Source of the DNA: a bacterium
Lineage (GTDB): Bacteria > Patescibacteriota > Minisyncoccia > Phycocordibacterales > Phycocordibacteraceae
Direction of reading: 5' to 3'
Length of the DNA stretch: 35,083 nucleotides
Assembly (NCBI GenBank): GCA_023264495.1
Contig: JAHFMM010000004.1
Location: 1-35,083 of the forward strand
The notes beneath the pieces were generated by a model. That model ran no database searches and was not told where the DNA came from. It saw only the letters and a list, made by a program, of their open reading frames with translations. Made by a program: the position numbers and the translations under genes. Positions 1-6,200 of the stretch are shown here, in pieces. Numbering within the stretch: the first letter of the stretch is position 1; each line of letters opens with the position of its first letter.

Positions 1-348
1 TTGAAGAATACTTGGAAGATCTTCTTCTCCCGAGGCACCGCTTAGTTTCAGATATGCCTCATTAGTCTTGAAGTCGTCGATGGTGCCACGAACGAATCCA
101 GAGATCTCGCCACTCACAAGCATATGCGCAATCTTTTCTTCAGGAGCAGAGTCGACTACGACCGTGAATCCGGAAATGTTTTGTATAGCTTCTGGACCAA
201 CGAGTATGATATCAGCATATTTCTTAGAACGTTCTAGACTCTCGAGTATCTCCCTATCTGGTTCTTGCATACCGAAAGCGATAGTGGGCTTCCGCATAGA
301 TGCAAATTTTTCAACGGCTGTGTCAAAGCGTTTAAAGGTCTCGTTCAT
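1..348 (-). CDS. hypothetical protein, N-terminal 116 aa only (gene runs off the left edge); weak resemblance to PTA/PTB-fold (MtxX-like) proteins
   Basis: Absent from the ORF track because it has no stop inside the window. Reverse translation from ATG 348..346 gives MNETFKRFDTAVEKFASMRKPTIAFGMQEPDREILESLERSKKYADIILVGPEAIQNISGFTVVVDSAPEEKIAHMLVSGEISGFVRGTIDDF..., open to position 1. The start lies 10 nt after the stop of the upstream co-directional gene. The family hint rests only on the remembered IAFG..ADIILVG..SGEI.G.VRG pattern. Confidence 0.45.
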   Translation of the reverse strand, partial: MNETFKRFDTAVEKFASMRKPTIAFGMQEPDREILESLERSKKYADIILVGPEAIQNISGFTVVVDSAPEEKIAHMLVSGEISGFVRGTIDDFKTNEAYLKLSGASGEEDLPSILQ

Positions 349-357
349 AAATAATAG

Positions 358-1437
358 TTACAGGGCGTGTGATTTTAATAATGGGTCTACGTCGAGGGCT
401 GTCTGTTCTATTAATCCGTGTAGAATCCCCAACCTTTCCGTATTGTATGAGAAACTCCCCCACGAGTTCTCATCTGTTCTATCCATATAAGCTCGCTCAT
501 TACATTCAAGCTGGATTGCATTGATGCCGTACTGCTCATGATTTGATCCCCAAAACTTCACATTGTGTACGCCCTTCATATAGTGATTCCGTACGAACAA
601 TGGCCCCCCGACATCTTTGGAGATTAGATTTCTTTGTTCTTCAGACAGTGCATTATAGTTCTTCTGCAACGCCTGCTCAAACGCGTCAATGATGTCTGCA
701 TCGCATCCTTCTCCTTCTCTCGTACCAGTAATAAACATTGGTAGTCCTTCGGGGTTTTCTATGCCGTAGTGATCATAAAACGGTTTTAGATCTCCGGTGA
801 CCGGGAATGAGTGCCCGTCGAGGATAAGAACTCTTTGTTTTGTTGCATCAGTACGTCTATCAGAGAGTGTCCCGACTGCACCCATGATGGTATTGTAATA
901 GGGTAAGTAGTAGCGTTCTGCGAGAGACTGTATCTCCTCGGGAGTTGGTTCGAGACCTTCTTTATATATCGGTCCGAAGTCTATCCCCTCTTTCCATAAA
1001 ATAGTTCCGGGAGCTTCCCCCGACTCCGGTTTCTTATGAATGTCGAATGATGGTTCTCTGTTTGGATCGACTACGAATCGTGTTATGCCGAACTGCGCCC
1101 ACGGTATCTTCTCACTCTTGAAGATCTCTGGGGTACCGAGGTCGAGAAGCGGGAGAGTACGATCACCTTCTTCTGTAAGTCGATTCTTAAATTCAAGTAG
1201 TGCGTTCTCTCCAGCGTGCGGAATACCAATAACTATGTTTGGACAATTTGCTTGTGTAAGTGGTCTAAAACCCTTTGTTACCGCGTCTTCGCCTCGTATC
1301 TCGTGTTTTCTCATTTCAAGTCGAGAAGGAAGGCCGACTGCTTCCATAACGTTGTAAACTGGCTGCAGTTGCTCTCGGGATTCTATACGGCGCTGAGTAT
1401 CAGCGAAAACAAACCTCTGTGGGGGATGTTCCGACAT
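358..1437 (-). CDS. N-formylglutamate amidohydrolase (FGase) family hydrolase, long form (359 aa)
   Basis: ORF track 359 aa. Family-typical motifs appear in the expected order: IGIPHAG, VVDPNRE, ILDGHSFP, AIQLECNE. The substrate cannot be inferred. Confidence 0.7.
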   Translation of the reverse strand: MSEHPPQRFVFADTQRRIESREQLQPVYNVMEAVGLPSRLEMRKHEIRGEDAVTKGFRPLTQANCPNIVIGIPHAGENALLEFKNRLTEEGDRTLPLLDLGTPEIFKSEKIPWAQFGITRFVVDPNREPSFDIHKKPESGEAPGTILWKEGIDFGPIYKEGLEPTPEEIQSLAERYYLPYYNTIMGAVGTLSDRRTDATKQRVLILDGHSFPVTGDLKPFYDHYGIENPEGLPMFITGTREGEGCDADIIDAFEQALQKNYNALSEEQRNLISKDVGGPLFVRNHYMKGVHNVKFWGSNHEQYGINAIQLECNERAYMDRTDENSWGSFSYNTERLGILHGLIEQTALDVDPLLKSHAL

Positions 1438-1449
1438 ACATTGATTATA

Positions 1450-2226
1450 TCATGCCCCTTCTTGCTGGATCTCCTCGATGACTGCCATAGGGACGATTTC
1501 ATCGAGTGTGTAGTCACCCTTCTTGTAGGTGATGCGCATGACTACTTCTCCATTTGTCTTCACAAAAGTCGCATCAAACCCCTCGACATATCCGAATCCG
1601 TTGTTTCCCGCTACCTTGAGTAGCTGGTCACGCTCCGCGACCCCCTTCAGCTTCTCCACAACCTTCAGCAAGAAACATTCTTGGATGGTGCCGTGCGTTG
1701 CGAGAATGCGCTCGAAGTCGTGCTTCTCATTGTCAGGATTCACGCTCTTTTCAAGTACGGATGCGCCTCGAGAGGCGGCGTCATAGTTGCGATGGATGAT
1801 GTTCGCGACGTTTGCTGCCATGCGCGAATAGGTGCTCGACGCGGTATCGCCGCTCTCTCGCGCGAGCGCGTCGCTCTCATGCACGAGGAACGAGAGCGCT
1901 TTGCCTGCAAGATATGCTTCGTTAAAACTGTTCCCATATCGCGTGTCGTTGATGACAAAATCAAGCTTCTCATTTATGCGGACCTTCCCTACCCCGAGAT
2001 CTTCGGGACTCGTTGCAGCATCTTGGGTCGCGGCAGTAGCAGCCGTCTCGTGAGTGCGGACGCGCGGTGAGCCGACCACGTGCGCATAACGCATGTCGAG
2101 CGGATTCTCGAATTTCTCGGCGGCTAGCGCGCGACCCTCAGGCGTGATCTGGACGTCCTTATCATCCTTCTCAGGAGTTTTCTCCTTTATCGAATGTCGA
2201 ATAAAATGAAGAACGACTTTCGGCAT
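1450..2226 (-). CDS. histidine phosphatase (phosphoglycerate-mutase-like) superfamily protein
   Basis: ORF 1450..2262. VVLHFIRHS is an RHG-type catalytic motif variant, and GSPRVRTHETA matches the SP..R..QTA-like motif. I place the start at ATG 2226 (MPKVVLHF) because GGGAGAG lies immediately upstream; the ORF-track start at 2262 has no SD. The C-terminal ~100 aa are unassigned. Confidence 0.7.
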   Translation of the reverse strand: MPKVVLHFIRHSIKEKTPEKDDKDVQITPEGRALAAEKFENPLDMRYAHVVGSPRVRTHETAATAATQDAATSPEDLGVGKVRINEKLDFVINDTRYGNSFNEAYLAGKALSFLVHESDALARESGDTASSTYSRMAANVANIIHRNYDAASRGASVLEKSVNPDNEKHDFERILATHGTIQECFLLKVVEKLKGVAERDQLLKVAGNNGFGYVEGFDATFVKTNGEVVMRITYKKGDYTLDEIVPMAVIEEIQQEGA

Positions 2227-2266
2227 CGTCTCTCCCGCTGTCTTTTGTTTTGGCCATTCCATACAG

Positions 2267-2292
2267 TATTTATAACTTATATTTATAACTTC
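2267..2292. repeat. tandem direct repeat, 2 x 13 nt (TATTTATAACTTA / TATTTATAACTTC)
   Basis: Read directly in the 42-nt gap between the RhuM-like stop and the phosphatase ORF. On the minus strand each unit contains TATAAAT. Confidence 0.8.
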
Positions 2293-2304
2293 CGCACTAC
2301 GCCA

Positions 2305-2874
2305 CTATTTCAGCATCTGGGTTATCAGTAAGGATTCTTTATCATACGCATCGAGCGACATCCATGTGCTCGCGAACTCCCGTATCAGCTCGAGGATATT
2401 CTTCGGATCAAGCGTGACCTGTTCAGGAAGGAGCTCTTGGATACCCGCGACCGACTTCAAGAACGCATTGTAGTTATGAGCGATCTGTTTGCGGTTTATC
2501 GTATAGCCCTTGGTAATATGCTCACGCAACGTCCTCGTCGCCCATTGCCGGAATTGAGTCGCTGTCTTTGAGTTGACTCGGTAGCCCACAGACAGAATCA
2601 TATCCAAGTTATAGTGCTGTATCTCGCGTTCGATCTCCCTCTTCCCTTCCTTTTGAACTATCCGGAATTCCCGGACAGTTGAAGTTTCTGCCAATTCCTT
2701 TGTTCGATAAATATTCCTTATGTGTTCACTGATAGTACGCACATCAACACTGAAAGCCAAGGCAATTTGAGCCTGAGTTGCCCAGAGTGTCTCACGCGAG
2801 GTGTCACCTCGCAGCTCGATTGCTCCGTTCTTCGCCTGATATACGACCAGAGTATTTTTAATTCGTTTTTTCAT
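2305..2874 (-). CDS. RhuM-family protein, short/truncated form (189 aa; N-terminal DNA-binding-like half only)
   Basis: LWATQAQIALAFSVDVRTISEHIRNIY, FRIVQKEGKREIEREIQHYNLDMILSVGYRVNSKTATQFRQWATRTLREHITKGYTIN is the conserved RhuM core as I remember it. The ORF stops after DAYDKESLLITQMLK, where full-length members (~330 aa) continue into a Fic/DOC-like half. Confidence 0.75.
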   Translation of the reverse strand: MKKRIKNTLVVYQAKNGAIELRGDTSRETLWATQAQIALAFSVDVRTISEHIRNIYRTKELAETSTVREFRIVQKEGKREIEREIQHYNLDMILSVGYRVNSKTATQFRQWATRTLREHITKGYTINRKQIAHNYNAFLKSVAGIQELLPEQVTLDPKNILELIREFASTWMSLDAYDKESLLITQMLK

Positions 2875-2916
2875 CGCTTTATTCTATCCTGCTTTTTCTA
2901 TAATTCGCACCACCCA

Positions 2917-3216
2917 TCAAGCCGTCATGAGTCGAATCGCAAACGGCATGAAATAGGCCTTTATGTTCTGTGGGCTGATATGAAGCTCCGAGACAGAGTC
3001 GCCGACAGCGTGAATAGCCTGTGAGAGCATTTCGATCTCGGCAAGTCTCGGCCGCATGTCGGGAGAAGTCTTAATCTCGTCAAGCATGCGGTCTGCTCGT
3101 AGCGTAGCTCCTTGAAGCAAGACCTCATCATTTTTCTCTTTGGCTGCAATAATCCGCGACACCTCGGCACCGAGGTTTGCCATCAGGAACAGAGAGGTTC
3201 TTTTAGAGTCGTTCAT
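2917..3216 (-). CDS. hypothetical protein (99 aa, predicted helical)
   Basis: ORF track; co-directional and directly upstream of the RhuM-like gene; composition looks coding-like; I recognise no family. Confidence 0.5.
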   Translation of the reverse strand: MNDSKRTSLFLMANLGAEVSRIIAAKEKNDEVLLQGATLRADRMLDEIKTSPDMRPRLAEIEMLSQAIHAVGDSVSELHISPQNIKAYFMPFAIRLMTA

Positions 3217-3297
3217 ACGATTTTCGCATCGATAATATCCTTCATTCTACCGCGAATATCCTGCAATTCAGCAATCGATATTTGGTCGGTAACGATT

Positions 3298-6200
3298 CTA
3301 ATGTTCATATTTTTCAATTATCCTCACCACGCCATTATCCGCATCGACCTCGACCAGATCGCCGTCGTGCAGGACTTGCGTGGCAATCTTGGTAGCCATC
3401 ACGCACGGTTTCTTGAGTTCGCGGCTCGTAATAGCAGCATGGGATACTAAACCACCCTCGTCGGTCACGATGGCGGCGCATCGTATCATGGCAGGCATGA
3501 AGTCAGGAAGACTCATGGGAGAGACAAGAATGTCGCCCTCATTGCATTTTGAGATGTCGTGTCGCGACTTAACTATCCGTACGATTCCTTGCGCGTGCCC
3601 GGGTTGCGCACACACGCCTTTCAAAACGCCATCTGCGGATATCGAAGAAATAGTATCTCGTTTGAGATCAAATCCAAGTCGCGCCCCAAGTTCTTCTGCC
3701 GATTCGCCTGCATACAAAGTATCTTGTGCCAAGCAATATTTTTGCGCTCGGGCAGCGAGTACTTCTTCTGAAGGTATGCTGCCGTTCATCACTTCGTCGA
3801 TAAGAATATAAGAAACAAGAGTGCCGAGATGCGGGTAGGCGTGTGTGAATGAATCGTGCAAGACCCTGTCGATCTCAGGGACGAGCTTCTCTCCATATTT
3901 CCTTACGGCAAGCAGCTCGGTGAGTTCATCGCTTTTTTCTCCATGCTCTTCTGCATTCTCGATAAGGAACCATGTGGCTTCAAGAATATTCCAAGCATAG
4001 GTTGCATCCTTGATGAATCCAGAGAGTCCCGACAGAGCTAGTGGCGTCTTTGATTCAAATGCGGGTCTTAGTTTGTCATATGAAGCGACAGCTTCTTTCA
4101 ATATCCATGCAAGGAAAGAAGGATCCTCTACTATTCTCTTCTGCAATTCTTCTTTCACCCAATTGATACCTTCGAAGTCGTACCAGCACGTGGTGCTCGT
4201 GCCATCCCAGTCGAAGACGACATAGGGATCAGCGGGTTGTGACTTTGATGTCCATGCTTTGACGGATGTCTTCTCGGCCCTATTCCAGATTTGAAATGTT
4301 GCGAGCATGAAGAGACGTTCGAGGTACTTCTCAAGTACCGGTTTCTTTTGCTCGATAATTCGCACCACGCCGTTATCAGCATCGACCTCGACCAGGTCAC
4401 CGTCTTTCAAGACTTGCGTGGCGATTTTGGTGCCGATGATGCAGGGCTTCTTCATCTCGCGTGCGACGATGGCCGCATGGCAGACGATGCCGCCCTCGTC
4501 GGTTACAAAAGCGGCTGAGCGATGCATTGCGTCGATAAAGTCAGGGGTTGTCATTGGTGAGACTATGATGTCGCCCTCCTTCACTTTCTGCGCCTGAGCT
4601 CGGTTCTTTACGATCCGAACTGGCCCACGCGCCCTCCCAGCACAGGCGGTCTGACCAGATATCTCAGTCCCATCCCACGCGTTAGTTATCAGATCATTAA
4701 ATTCGTATTCCGGATGTTTTTCTGCAAAGACCGTCAGAGATACTGTCTCAAGGTCTCTCCCATCGAGAAGAATAGCTCCGGAGAGTCGTGCGCGAAGATC
4801 TTCTTCTGGCGGCAAAGTCACAAACTCATGCGGCAAAACGACCTCAGCAATTCTGGAATCGTATCCAGCTGCCACGACACGCTCACGAGCAAAGGCGTCA
4901 TTCCGCGCAAAGAATTCATCATCTTTGCGAATCTCAATAGCAAGATCCTTTACTTCTTGTGGGGTACGTTCGTCGTTACCGGCGTAGTAGATGAGCGAGA
5001 TATTTGCATTGCCGAGCTCCACGAGAGCTACATATTCGGCCATCTTCACAGGATCGGAAAACTCTCTACCCTCCCAATAGGGCTGGATATTCTCGAGTAC
5101 TTCTCGATGTGAGTCGACGATTCGCTGCATGAACCCTATCCCCTTCTTATTTTCTTCGAGCAGTGCGTCGAGGAACCATTCGACCGCTTTTTTGTTTTCC
5201 CAGATCTGCACATTATCGCCGGTTGTCGCGTGTATGACGACGGGTCGGTACGGATTCCCCTTCCCGAGGGATAGATAATTATCGCCTGCCATAACGGCTC
5301 CATAAATTCCTTGCATCAAGAATGTAGTATCGCGTTCTATCGTCTTTTCAAACTGCACCATCTCCGTATTTCCATTTGTCGATTTCTCTAATATCCGCAC
5401 GACGCCGTTATCAGCATCGACCTCGACCAAGTCGCCGTCTTTGAGAACCTTCGTGCAATTCCCCGTGCCAACAATGCATGGCTTTTTGAGCTCACGAGCA
5501 ATGATAGCTGCATGAGAAGTCACACCGCCCTCCTCAGTAACAAAAGCAACTGCTCGTTCCATAGCAGAGATATAGTCGACCATCGTTGTTCGTGCCACAA
5601 GCACCGACTTACTTGTGACTTTCCCAAGATCGCTCTTACCATACACGAGTGCGACTTTGCCTATCGCAATACCCTTGAAGGCCGACATGCCTTTAATGGG
5701 TCCGTCAGAATCTTCTGTGTGTAGAACCAATTTAGAAACGACCTCCATTTCTTTTTCATCCGTAATTACCCTCGTCTCCTCTGGGCTTCGGTAGTAGACG
5801 TAACGAAACACTCGTCGTGCCATTTCATCTTTATTTGGAACAGAAGAACCGTTTAAATAACTCAAGATTTCTTGATTTGTCATGCTAACAACTTCTCTCA
5901 TACTCCACCTTTCTCCCGTATCTTGTACGAGATTGTCTGCAAGCATTTTGAAGACATTACGAAATGGGGTTTGTATTTTCTTGAAAAGATCTACTCGGTC
6001 TGTTCTTAGGAAGACATAGTGATTTATCAATTCTGCGTAGACTCGTGTTGTCGGATTTGTTATCTTCTCAAGCATTTGAGTATACCGTTCAGTATTATGC
6101 CGTATCCCCTCGAAGAGGTCTTCTCTTTCTTTATGAGCCGTGTCAGGCGTAAGTTTCTTCAACTCTGATTCGAAGTACTTTTCGTCGTACAAATCTTCAA

